Below, in pieces: positions 1-12,524 of a stretch of 64,000 nucleotides of DNA. This DNA is from the human T2T-CHM13v2.0 reference genome, Homo sapiens. A program made the position numbers and the translations under genes. Position 1 is the stretch's first letter. The number at the start of each line of letters is the position of its first letter. Below the pieces are notes generated by a model. It was not told the DNA's origin. It was given only the letters and a program-made list of their open reading frames with translations, and made no database searches. The stretch lies in assembly GCF_009914755.1 (NCBI RefSeq), contig NC_060927.1, one strand, 5' to 3'.

Positions 1-518
1 CCTGATTGCTGTCTCTTCAGGGAAGTTTATGGCCTGGGCAGGTCTGAGTTCTGTGTGCAGACTGCCAGAATCTAAACTCATTGTTGTTGGTGGAGGACTG
101 TGGGAGCAAGACCGGCCTCACCAACTGCATGGGAGCTGGATGAGGCTTACTGCTGCCTGCTACTCTCTACTCCTTTTGCTAACTTTTCTGTACAGCAGAT
201 ACAGTTATATGTCCTTCTGGAACATTACCCCAGTGGCCTGAGAACCAGCCCCTATCTCCAACAGGAGCTGCACTCTGTCTTGCCCAAGGAGAATCTGAGT
301 TCAGACCAACCTAAACCTGCCCCTACCTGGTGATATTTCTTCACCCACCCTGGTATCTTAACACAAAGGACATAAACTTTTGGGAGCTTTATGTTCTCAC
401 CCATTGCATGAGTAACCAGAATACTTCCCCTGGACAGCTTAGAGCAAGTTTAAAATCCCACTGCTACTACCACAACTGGTGCTCTCTTGAAAGCGCCACC
501 TCCTGGCTGGAGGCCAAC

Positions 519-2729
519 TGTATTGATTCATTCTTATGTTGCTATAAAGAACTGCCCAACACTGGGTGGTTTAATTAAATCACAGTTCTGCAGGGCTGGG
601 GAGGCCTCAGGAAACTTACAATTAGGGCAGAAAGAGAAACCAACACATCCTTTTAACATGGTGGCAGGAAGGAGAAGAATGACTGCCCAACAAAGTGGGA
701 AACTCCTTATAAAACCATCAGATCTCATGAGAATGCACTCACTATCACAAGAACAGGATGGGGGAAACTGCCCACATGATTCAATTATCTATACCTGGTC
801 CCTCCGTGACACATGGGATTATGGGAACCACAATTCAAGATGAGATTTCCGTGGGGACACAGCCAAACCATATTATTTCACTCATGGCTCCTCCCAAATC
901 TCATGTCCTCACATTTCAGAACACAATCATGCCCTTCCAACAGTCCCCCAAACTCTTAACTCATTTCAGCATTAACACAAAATTCCAAGTCCAAAGTCTC
1001 ATCTGAGACAAAGTAAGTCCCTTCCATCTATGAGCCTGTAAAATCAAAAGCAAGTAAGTTACCTCCTAGATACAATGGGGGTACAGCCATTGGGTAAATT
1101 CACCCATTCCAAATGGGAGAAACTGGCCAAAGCAAAGTGGCTACAGGCCCCATGCAACTCTGAAAGCCAATAGGGCAGTCATTAAAGCTTAAAGTTCCAA
1201 AATGATCTCCTTTGACTCCATGTCTCACATTCAGGTCATACTGATGCCAGAGGTGGGTTCCCACAGCCTAGGGCAGCTTTGCCCTTGTGACTTTGCAGTG
1301 TACAGACTCCCTCCCTCCTGGCTTTTACAGGTGCATGATGCAGGCTGTCAGTGGATCAACCATTTTGGGATCTGGAGGATAGTGGCTTTCTTCTCACAGC
1401 TCCACTAGGAAGTGCCCCAGGGGAGACTCTGTGTGGAGGCTTCAACTCACATTTTTCTTCTGCACTGCCCTAGCAGAGGGGTTCTCTATGAGAGCTCTGC
1501 CCCTCTAGCAAACTTCTGCCTGGACATCCAGGTGTATCCAAGTAGCCTCTGACATCTATGCAGAGGTTCCCAAACCTTGATTCTTGTCTTCTGTGCATCT
1601 GCAGGCTAACACCACATGTAAGTTGCCAAGACTTGAGGCTTGCACCCTCTGATGCAAAGGCCTGAAATGTATGTTGGCTTCTTTTAGCCATGGCTGGAGC
1701 TGAAGCAGCTAGAACACATGATGCCACGTCCTGAGGCTGCATAGAGCAGGTGACCCTGGGCCCAGCCCACAAAATCATTTTTTCCTGCTAGGCCTCTGGC
1801 CTCTAATGGGAGGGGTGGCTGTGAAGGTCTTTGACATGCCCTGGAGACATCATTGTCTTTGTGATTAACATTTTGCTCCTCGTTACTTATACAAACTTCT
1901 GCAGTTGGCTTGAATTTATCTTCAGAAAATGGGTTTTTCTTTTCTATCACATCGTGAAGCTGCAAATTTTCCAAACTTTTATGGTCTGCTTCCTTTTGAA
2001 CCCTTTGCCACTAAAAAATTTCTTCCACCAAACCCGAAATCATCTCTCTCAAGTTCAAAGTTCCACAGATCTCTAGGCACATGCAAAATGCCACCAGTCT
2101 TTTTGCATAGCAAGAGTGACCTTTACTCCAGTTCCCAACAAGTCTCAGCCTGGACTTCCTTGTCCATATCACTATCAGCATTTTGGTTAAAGCCTTTCAA
2201 CAAGTCTCTAGTAAGTTCCACACTTTCCCACATCTTCCTGTCTTCTTCTGAGGCCTCCAAACTGTTCCAACTTCTGCCTGTTACTCAGTTCCAAAGTTTC
2301 TTCCATAGTTTTGGGTATCCTTATAGCAGCACCCCACTTTACTGGTATCAATTTACTGTATTAGTTTGTTCTCACGCTGCTAATAAATACATACCCAAGA
2401 CTGGGTAATTTATAGAGGAAAAGGTTTAATTGATTCACAGTTCTTCATGGCTGGGGAGGCCTCAGGAATCTTACAATCATGGTGGAAGGGGAGGCAAACA
2501 TGCCTTTCTTCATATGGCAGCAGGAAGAAGAATAAGTGCTCAGCGAAGGGGGGAACCCGTTATGAAATCATTAGTTTTCATGAAACCTAACTTACTATCA
2601 TGAGAACAGGATGGGGAAAACCACCCCCATGATTCAATTATCTCTGCCTGGTCCCTCCCAGGATGCGTGAGGATTATGGGAACTTCAATTCAAGATGAGA
2701 TTTTGGTGGGACACAGCCAAACCATATCA
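519..2729 (-). mobile_element. Full-length MaLR provirus (MSTA/THE1D-like): LTR 519-875, internal 876-2356, LTR 2357-2729
   Basis: Both LTRs run tgtatt...gagattt(ggg)tggggacacagccaaaccatat(c/t)a, the reverse complement of the THE1/MST consensus. Typical MaLR internal sequence lies between them. Degenerate 5-bp TSD ccaac/caaat. Confidence 0.9.
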
Positions 2730-3576
2730 CAAATCAACACACGTCATTACAGCAACTCTCTGTAGAATAACTGCACCCAGGAAGGAGAAAATACCTGTGT
2801 GATCTCAGCTATCACCCCTGACTGTAACACTCTGGCAGACCAGAGGTCCTGAGCCTCTCCACCTGAGAAGTTCACTACAATTATAATCAGCATTTGAGAA
2901 AGTCAGCACACTAAGCCTATCTAAAACCAAGGAATCTCACACAGTCTGCGTCACTCTTCTGCTACCTCCATTAGAGCAGGTGCCGGTATCCTCTGCTAGG
3001 AGACTTGAAGATATGTTCCATCACTGGATCCGTTGTAGTCATTTCCCATCACCAGCCTACAGTCTGATAGCCCCAGTAGATGTCTAGACACAGAAGAGCA
3101 ATAATAATCACTGTAGTCTGGTTCTCAGGAAGTCTCATTCATAGGGGAAGGGGGAGAACACCACATCAAGGGAATACCCCAGGGGACCAAATAATCTGAA
3201 CGGTAGTCCTTTAGATCTTTCTGATGCTGGGAAGTTTCTTACAGCAGAGACACAATTGCACTGATGGATGTAGTAGGGAAAGTCTGCACCCTTACCCCAA
3301 TGAGCAGGTGTCCTCCACAATCATGAAGCGTATTAAAGAAGGAGTCCTTCTTGCCCCCTGATACACCACTGGAGACACAACTGGGGCTTCTCCAATGGGA
3401 ACGTAGTGTGGATGTACCTAAAGATAGCCTTCCCAGAATAATGCAGGGTGATTGCAGTTTCGTAGAAGGAGCACTCCCCAGATTCCTGCCTGCACAAGAG
3501 GAAGTCATAATTTTTTACACTTGGAATATAAACATTCCTAGAGATAAAAAGAGATATCTGTCTGATCTGAATAGCA

Positions 3577-6215
3577 TGTATTAGTCTGTTTTTATGCTGC
3601 TGATAAAGGCATACCCAAACTGGGCAATTTACAAAAGAAAGAGGTTTAGGGGACTCACAGTTCCACATGGCTAGAGAGGCCTCATAATCATGGCAGAAGG
3701 TGAAAGGCACATCTCACATGGTGTCAGAAAGAGAAGAGAGCTTGTGCAGAGAAACTTCCCTTTAGATCTCATGATCAGATCTGAACCATCAGATCTCATG
3801 ATACTTATTCACTATCACGAGAATAGCACAGAAAAGACTCACCCCCATGATACAATTACCTCCCACTGCATCCCTCCAACAACACGTGGGAATTGTGGGA
3901 GCTATAATTCAAGATGAGATTTGGGTTGGGACACAGTCAAATCATATCTTTCTGCCACTGGCCCCTCTCAAATATAATGTCCTTACATTTCAAAACCAAT
4001 CATGCCTTCCTAACAGTCCTCCAAAGTCATAACTCATTTCAGCATTAATTTGAAAGTCCACAGTCTAAAGTTTTATCTGAGACAAGGCAAATCCCTTCTG
4101 CCTATGAGCCTGTAAAATCAAAAGCAAGTTAGTTACTTCCTGTATGTAATGAGGTTATAGGATTGGAAAATACACCCATTCCAAATGGGAGAAATTGGCA
4201 AAAATGAAGGGGCTAAATGATCCATCCAAATCTGAAATCCAGAGGGGCAGTCAAATCTTAAAGGTCCAAAAAAAAAAAATAAAAGATATCCTTTGACTCC
4301 ATGTCTCACATCCAGGCCACGCTGATGCAAGAGGTAGGTTCCCATGGTCTTGGGCAACTTCACCCCTATGCCTTTGATTTTGCACTGGCTAGTGTTGAGT
4401 GTCTGTGGCTTTTCCAGTCACACAATGCAAGCTGTCAGTGGATCTACAATTCTGGGGTCTGGAGGATGGTGGCTCTCTTCTCACGGCTCCACTGGACAGC
4501 ACCTCAGTGGGGACTGTGTGTGGGGGCAGCCACACCACATTTTCCTTCCACACTGCTCTAGCAGAGGTTATCCGTTAGTGCCCCACCCCTGCAGCAAACT
4601 TCTGCTTGGACATTCAGGCATTTTTATACATCCTCTGAAATCTAGGCAGAGGTTCCCAAACCTCAATTCTTGCACCCACAGGCTCAACACCTTGTGGAAG
4701 CTGCCATGGTTTGGGGCTTACACCATCTGAATTCACAGCCTGAGCTGTACCTTGGCCCCTTTTAGTCACAGCTGGAGCAGCTGAGATGCAAGGCACCAAG
4801 ACCCTACACTGCACACAGCAGAAGGACTCTGGGCACCACTCATGAAACAATTTTTTCCTCCTGGGCCTCTGGGCCTGTGATGGGAGGGGCTGCCATAAAG
4901 GTCTCTGACATGCCCTGGAGATATATTCCCCATTGTCTTGGTGATTAACATTTGCCTCCTCATTAATTATGCAAATTTCTGCAGCTGACTTGAAATTCTC
5001 CTCAGAAAATGGGATTTTCTTTATTATCACATTGTCAGGCTGCGTATTTTCCAAACTTTTATGCTCTGTTTCCCTTTTAAAATGGAATGCTTTTGTATTA
5101 GTCCATTTTCATGCTGCTGATAAAGACATACCCTGGACTGGGAAGAAAAATAGTTTTAATGGACTCATAGTTCCACGTGGCTCAGAAAGCCTCAAAATTA
5201 TGGTGGAAGACAAAAGGCCCTTCTTACATAGTAGCAGCAAGAGAGGATGAGAAAGAAGCAGCAGCAGAAACCTCTTATAAAACCATCAGCTCTCATGAGA
5301 CTTATTCACTACCACAAGAAAATTATGGGGGAAACTGCCTCCATGATTCAATTTTCTCCCACCAGGTCCCTCCCACAACACATGGGAATTATGGGAGTAC
5401 AGTTCAAGATGAGAGTTGTGTGGGGATACAGAGCCAAACCATATCAGCTTTCAACAGCACCCAAGTCACTTCTTGAATGCTTTGCTCCTTAGCAAAGGGT
5501 AGGGTATCCTGCCAGATACCCTAAATCATCTCTCTCAAGTTCAAAGTTTAACAAATCTCCAGGGCAGAGGCAAAATGTTGCCAGTTTTTTGGCTAAAACA
5601 TAACAAGTGTCACCTTAGCTCCAGTTCCCAACAAGTCCTTCATGTTCATTTGAGACCACCTCAGCCTGGATTTCATTGTCTATATCATTATCAGCATTTT
5701 AGTCAAAAACATTGAACAAGTCTCTAGGGAGTTCCAAACTTTCTCACATTTTCCTCTCTTCTTCTGAGCCATCCAAACTGTTTGCAACTCTGCCTGCTAC
5801 CCAATTCCATTTCAGGTATCTTTTCAGCAGCACCCCACTCTACTGGTACCAATTTACTGTATTAGTCTGTTTTCATGCTGTTGGTAAAGACGTACCTGAG
5901 AATGGGCAATTTACAAAAGAAATAGGTTTATTGGACTCACAGTTTCACGTGGCTGGGGAGGCCTCACAATCATGGCAGAAGGTGAAAGGCACAGCAAACA
6001 TGGTGGCAGAAAGAGATGCAAGCTTGTGTAGGGATATTTCCCTTTATAAAACCATCAGATATCATGAGACTTATTCACTATCGTGAGAATAGCATGGGAA
6101 AGACTCACCCTCGTGATTCAATTACTTCCCACCTGGTTCCTCCCACAACATGTAGGAATTGTGGGAGCTACAATTCAAGATGAGATTTGGGTGGGGACAC
6201 ATCCAAACCATATCA
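3577..6215 (-). mobile_element. Full-length THE1 MaLR provirus: LTR 3577-3949, internal, LTR 5858-6215
   Basis: THE1-type LTR termini (tgtattagtctg...aaccatatca), THE1-int sequence, and a degenerate TSD tagca/ctgca. Confidence 0.9.
5094..5446 (-). mobile_element. THE1 solo LTR nested inside the THE1 internal region
   Basis: tgtattagtccattttcatgctgctgataaagac...gagccaaaccatatca, flanked by a perfect 5-bp TSD GCTTT (5089-5093 / 5447-5451). Confidence 0.92.
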
Positions 6216-9200
6216 CTGCAACACTGGGACAGGAGTGAGGCTGTGAGTTGGAGAGTTTTCCTGCTGGCCTGACAGGGGAACTGAGGTAGCTCTCATCCTT
6301 CACCCTGATAAAACCTCAGCATATCTAATTGAGAGCTCCCTCAACCACCTTCATCAAGGCTGGGACCTCTGCTCACCATGGGGTATTACAGCTACTCACC
6401 TGTTTTAGCTATAACCAATGCCTACCACGGATACCTTTCCTATTGGCTTGAAGCCTGAATCATCACCTCAGTAAATAAAGTGTATGAGCTGTCTTCAGGA
6501 GACTCACCTAATGCATAAGGACTTGCATAAACTTAAGGTAAAGAATTGGAAAAAGCTATTTCATGCAAATGGAAACCAAAGCAAGAAGGAGTAGCTAGTC
6601 TTATATCAGACAAAACAGACTTTCAAGTAATAACAGTAAAAACAAAAACAAAAACAAAAACAAACAAAAAAAAAACAAAGAAAGACATTATATAATAATA
6701 AAAGGATCAGGCTAACAGAAAGAAATTGCAATCCTGACTTCATATGCACGTAACAATGGAGCTCCTAGATTTAGAAAACAATTATTACTAGACCTAAGAA
6801 ATGAGATAGACAGGAACACAATGATAGTGGGGGACTTCAATAATCCACTGACAGCACTAGAAAGGCCATTAATACAGAAAGTAAACAAAAAAACAATGGA
6901 TTTAACTATACCTTAAAACAAATGAAAGTTGTGGATATTTACAGAACATTCTTCCCAACAACTGCAGAATAGAGATTCTTCTAATCAGCACATGGAACAT
7001 TTTCCCAGATAGATCATGTGATAGGCCAAAAACGAAATCTCAATACATTTAAGAGTATCAAAATCATATCGAGTACCTTCTCAGACCACAATAGAATAAT
7101 ACTGGAAATCAACTCTAAAAGGAACACTCAAAGCTATACAGATATATGGAAATTAAATAATCTGCTCTTGAATGATTTTGGGGTTAACAAGGAAATCAAG
7201 AGGAATATTTAAAAATTATTTGAAATAGAATATTTCACAATAGAGATACAATTTATCAAAATATCTGGAATATAGCAAAAGTGGTGCTAAGAGGAAGGTT
7301 CATATCATTAAATGCCAAAATCAAAAAGTCTGAAAGACCACAAATAGGCAACCTAATGTTACACCACAAGGAACTAAAGAAACAAGGACAAACTTAACCC
7401 AAACCCAGGAGAAGAAAAGAAATAACAAAGCTCAGAGCAGAACTCAATGAAAATGAAACAAACCAACAAAGGAAATACAAAAGATAAATGAAAAAAAAAC
7501 CTAGTTATTTGGAAAGATAAGCAAAACTGATTGACCACTAGTGAGATTAAACAAGAAAAGAAGGGGGACCATCCAAATAAACTCAATTAGAAATGAAACT
7601 GTAGATATTACAACTGATACCACAGAAATAAAAAAGATCATTTGAGGTACTATGAATACCTTTATGTACACAAACTAAAAAATCTAAAGGAAATGCATAA
7701 ATTCCTGGACTGCATGGATTCACAGCTGGAATTTACCAGACATTCAGAGGAGAATTGATACCAATCCTACAGAAACTATTCCAACAAATAGAGAAAGACG
7801 GAATCCTCCCTAAATTATTCTATGAAGCTAGTATCATGCTAATAACAAAACCAGAAAAGGACATAACAAAAAAAGAAAACTACAGACCAATATTTCCTAT
7901 GAATATTGATGCAAAAATCCTCAACAAAATACTAACTAACCAATTCCAACACCATATCCACATCATGATCAAGTGGATTTCATACCACAAATGCTGGGAT
8001 GATTTAACACATACAAGTCAATAAATGTGATACATCACATAAGCAGAATTAAAAACAAAATGATACAATCATCTCAATAGATGCAGAAAAAGCATTTGAC
8101 AAAATCCAGCATCACTTTATAATAAAAATCCATAACAAAATTGGCATAAAGGGACATACCTAAAGTAATAAAAGCTATACATGACAAACCCACAGCCTAC
8201 ATCATACTGAATAGGAAAAATTTGATAGCATTCCACATGAGAACTGGAACAAAATAAGGATATTCACTTTCACCATGTCTATTCAAAATAGTACTTGATG
8301 TCCTGCCAAAGCAGTCAGACAAGAGAAAGAAATAAAGGGCATCCAAATTGGAAAAGAGAAAGTCAAACCATCACTGGTTACAAATGATATGATAGTATGC
8401 CTAGAAAAATCCTAAGGCTCCTAGATCTGATGAATGAATTCAGTATAGTCTCAGGTTTCAAAATCAATGTGCACAAATCAGTAGCTTGGCTATACATCAA
8501 CAATGACTAAGCTGAGAATCCAATCACGAACACAATTGTTTTTACCATAGCTGCAAAAAATAAAATAAAATTCTTGAGTATATGCCTAATCAAGGAGGTG
8601 AAAGATCTTTACAAGGAAAACTATAAAACATTGCTAAAAGTAATCATAGATGACACAAACAAGTGGAAACACGTCCTATGCTCCTGGATGGGAAGAAACA
8701 AAATTGTGAAAATGGCCATACTGCCAAAAGCAATCTAAAGACTGAATGCAAATCCAATCAAAATATCATCATCATTCTTCACAGAACCAAAAACAAAACA
8801 AAACAAAACAAACAAACAAACAAACAAAAAAAACGCTAAGATTCATATGGAACCAAAAAAGAGCCTGCATAGCCAAAGCAATACTAAGCAAAAAGAATAT
8901 ATCTGGAGGCATCATATTACCTGACATCAAATTATGCTAGAAGCCTATAATTACCAAAACAGCATGGTACTGGTATAAAAATAGACACATAGACCAATGC
9001 AACAGAATAGAGAACCCAGAAATAAAGTCAAATACATACAGCTAACTGATCTTTAACAAAGCACACAAAAACATAACTTGGGGAAAGGACACCCTACTCA
9101 ATCAGTGGTGCTGGGAAAACTGGGTAGCCACAATAGAAGAATGAAACTGGATCCTCATCTCTCACCTTATACAAAAATCAAACCAAGATGGATCAAAGAC

Positions 9201-9541
9201 TTAAATCTAAGACATGAAACCATAAAACTCTAGAAGATAACATCAGAAAAACCCTTCTAAACATTGGCTTAGGTCAAAGACTTCATTACCAAGAACCCAA
9301 AAGCAAATACAATAAAACAGAGATAAATAGATGGGACTTAATTAAACTAAAAAGCATCTGCACAGCAAAAGAAATAATCAGCAGAGAAAATAGACAACCC
9401 ACAGAATGGGAGAAAATCTTTGCAAACTGTGCATCTGACAAAGGACTAATATCCAGAATTTACAGGGAACTCAAATCAGCAAGAAAAAAACAATCCCATC
9501 AAAAAGTGGGCTAAGTACATGAATAGACAATTCTCAAAAGA

Positions 9542-9606
9542 ATATATATATATTATATATATCTTATATATAATATATATATAAGATATATATAATATAT
9601 ATATAT
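9542..9606. repeat. Perfect AT-rich palindrome (31-bp arms, 3-nt loop)
   Basis: 9542-9572 is the exact reverse complement of 9576-9606, including the non-periodic tctta/taaga and tta/taa bases. Confidence 0.9.
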
Positions 9607-10349
9607 CTCGCTAGCAAATATATGAAAAAATGCTTAACATCACTAATCATCAGGGAAATGCAAGTTAAAACCACAATGAGATACCACTTTACTCCTATAA
9701 GAATGTCCATAATTAAAAAATCAAAAAACAATGGATGATAGAGTGGATGTGGTGAAAAGGGAACACTTTACTCTGCTGGTGCAAATGTAAATCCGTGAAA
9801 CCACTGTGGAAAACCGTATGGAGCTTTCTTAAATAACTAAAAGTAGAACTACCGTTCAGTTCAGCAATTCTCACTACTGGGTATCTACCAAAAGGAAAAG
9901 AAGTCATTATATGAAAAAGACACTTGCACACACATGTTTATGGTAGCATAATTCACAATTGCAAAGATATGGAACCAACCTAAGTGCCCATCAACCGAGG
10001 AGTGAATAAAGCAAATGTGCTATATATACACCATGGCCTATTACTCAGCCATTAAATAAATAAAATAATGTCTTTTGCAGCAGCATGGATGGAGCTGGAG
10101 GCCATTAGCCTAAGTGAAGTAACTCAGAAATGGAAAGCCAAATATTATATATTCTCACTTATAAGTGGGAGCTAAGCTATGAAGGCACAAAGGCATAAAA
10201 ATGATATAATGGACTTTGAGGAATCAGTGGTGAGGGGAAGGTTGGGAAGGAAGTGAAAAATAAAATACTACATATCGGGCACGGTGTATGCTGCTTGGGT
10301 GACAGGTGCACTAAAATCTCAGAATTCACCACTGAAGAATGTATCCATG

Positions 10350-10650
10350 GGCTGGGCAAGGTGGCTGAGGCCTATAATACCAGCACTTTAGGAGGCTGAA
10401 GCAGGCAGATCACTTGAGTTCAGGAATTCAAGACCAGCCTGGCCAACATGGTGAAACCCCATTTGTACTAAAAATACAAAAAACATTATCTGGGTGTGGT
10501 GTCACACACCTGCAATCACAGCTACTCCGGAGCCTGAAGCACAAGAGTCACTTGAATCCAGGAGGTGGAGGTTTCAGTGAGCCGAGATGGTACTACTGCA
10601 CTCCAGCCTGGGTGACAGAGTGAGACTCTTGTCTCAAAAAAAAAAAAAAA
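10350..10650 (+). mobile_element. Alu (S/J-type) inserted in the L1PB 3'UTR
   Basis: Dimeric Alu ggctgggc...gtctc with an A tail. Degenerate TSD aagaatgtatccatg / aaaaattatccttg. Confidence 0.95.
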
Positions 10651-11434
10651 ATTATCCTTGTAATCCAAAACCACCTGTACCCCCACAAAACTATTGAAAT
10701 AAAAATAAAATTTTAAAAAAGTAAAGTAATTAAATAGAAATTTCATTAGATAGAGATATCTCTATCATTAGATAGAGAATATCAATAGATACAATTAATG
10801 TTCTTCATGGCAAGACAGTATAACCTCTTAGGTTGTCTTTTCACCATATAAAAATTATTTGCATATTTACTAGGGGCAAATATGCAGTTTAACATGTAAC
10901 TTTCGAAAGTCTAAGCCATTAATTAGATAATAGCAGTCAAACAATGGCATAGTGTCCTGGAAAAGAAAAAATCATTCAGTGGCTCTAATAAACAATTCTT
11001 CAGTATGATACTGAAAGGAGCTGCAGTCATTCTTTTTGCCTTATTTTAAAGTTTTGGATAATTCATCTTACAAGAAATATGTCCCCATGTTGACTAGAAA
11101 GAGACAAATATGCAAGACAGAGAAAAGCCAAGGAGTAGAAAACAGTAATGTGTTTGGAGAACAAGTAATTCACTAATGATTGTGTATAAAATTTTTGATG
11201 CAGAAGAGGAGGTTGGATAGTTAGTATCGAAAAGCCACTTGTAAAATAAATAAGAATTTTAAAAGCCCCTCGTGTGCCTGGCTAAGTAAGAAGTTTAGGC
11301 TTTATGTAAATATTAACTTGTACCATTTATGGGTTTTAAATAAAGATGAATACAGTTTCAGAGAGAACAGTAGAGAGCAAGGTAGCACGGAAGGGAACTA
11401 GACTGCAAAAACTAATCTTTCATCTTTGTTTAGA

Positions 11435-11650
11435 TCCATGCTTCTCTAGATTTAATGTGCATACAAATAAACCACCTCAGGGAACTTGTAAAAATTTATT
11501 TTTGTAATTAGTAGATCTGTGATAGCATCTAAGATTCTGCATTTCTAAAAAGCTCTTAGAAAAAGAGCTTTCTTAAAAGCTACTCCTAAAGCTTACTCTT
11601 ACTTAAAAGTAGCTTTCTTAAAAAGCTACTCTTACACATGGAGTAGCAAG
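11435..11650. mobile_element. MER5-family hAT-Charlie relic with a rearranged interior
   Basis: Motifs ttaatgtgcatac, taagattctgcatttctaa and gagtagcaag are typical of MER5A1/MER5B. Confidence 0.55.
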
Positions 11651-11659
11651 AATTAAGAT

Positions 11660-12148
11660 CAGCACTGTACTAATAGAAATATAATGTTTTAGTGGCCATG
11701 TTCCAAAGAAGTAAAAAATTAAAATTAATAAAAAAATAGATTTTATTTTATCCAATATATTTAAAATATTAGCATTTAAACATGTTATCAGTTTTTAAAA
11801 GATTGGTAATCAGATATTTTGCATTCTTCTCTTCATACTCATTATTAGATACCCAGCATATCTTTTATATTTACAACATATTTCAATTCAGACTCTAAGT
11901 TTTCATTGGGAATATTCGATCTGCATTTTGCACTTCGATTTTATAAAACTCACCACTGAAAAAGTCTTACATATGCAAGTTGATCCAAACATACTCAAAA
12001 TTTTTGTGGTAACTGAATCAAATTTCCTTTTGGGAGTTTAAATCAGTTAAAATTAAACAAAATTAAATATTTGGTTACTCAGTTGCATTAGCCACATTTC
12101 AAGTGCTCAGAAACCAAAAAAGAACACTAGACTATTGAAGACCGCAGG
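11660..12148. mobile_element. MER33/Charlie5-family hAT DNA transposon
   Basis: Starts cagcactgtactaatagaaatataatg. Contains ctcagttgcattagccacatttcaagtgctc near the other terminus. Confidence 0.7.
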
Positions 12149-12289
12149 TATAGATGGTAAGAGTCAGAACAAGTACAGTAGTGCTATGCTACAGCATTTA
12201 AATGGTACATTAAGGTAAGAAAGTGTAAAGAATAAGTGAAAAAATGCTCAAAGAGGTAGTGAAAAAAATCAGGAGACAGTCCTTATTTA

Positions 12290-12465
12290 ATTCTTATAGC
12301 TCAACAGAGCCAATTGTGTACATTTCTTCCCAATTCCGTAATCAGTAATGTTATATTGATAGCTTGAATTTGGCCATGATGAGTGTATTTACAACATAAA
12401 TATTAGCACATGCTCCATTTCCTCTTCCACCACACATTGCTAAATAGTTACCAGCACATCACTAG
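12290..12465. mobile_element. MER63-like hAT-Blackjack relic
   Basis: tcttcccaattccg...tagcttgaatttggccatg...gtatttacaac and terminal taccagcacatcactag resemble the MER63 consensus. Confidence 0.55.
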
Positions 12466-12524
12466 GGTTCAGATATCTGAGAGATCAGACTGGTTTATTC
12501 CCATTTTCTAAAATTAGTAGGTTT

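Larger units (their letters stand above)
1..10720 (+). mobile_element. Old primate LINE-1 (L1PB-like), interrupted by two MaLR proviruses and an Alu; ORF1 deleted
   Basis: L1PB-type 5' region at 1-518, 2730-3576 and 6216-~6478. Degenerate ORF2 from ~6480 (EN segment LQETHL; RT fragment [20 protein letters not shown] in ORF 7755-8024). L1PB-type 3'UTR ending aaaccacctgtaccccc...ctattgaaataaaaataaa near 10710. Confidence 0.85.

Noticed and set aside
29-6086. Dense overlapping ORFs of 60-160 aa
   Set aside because: All lie in MaLR LTR/internal or L1 UTR sequence, and similar peptides recur in each copy. They are not host genes.
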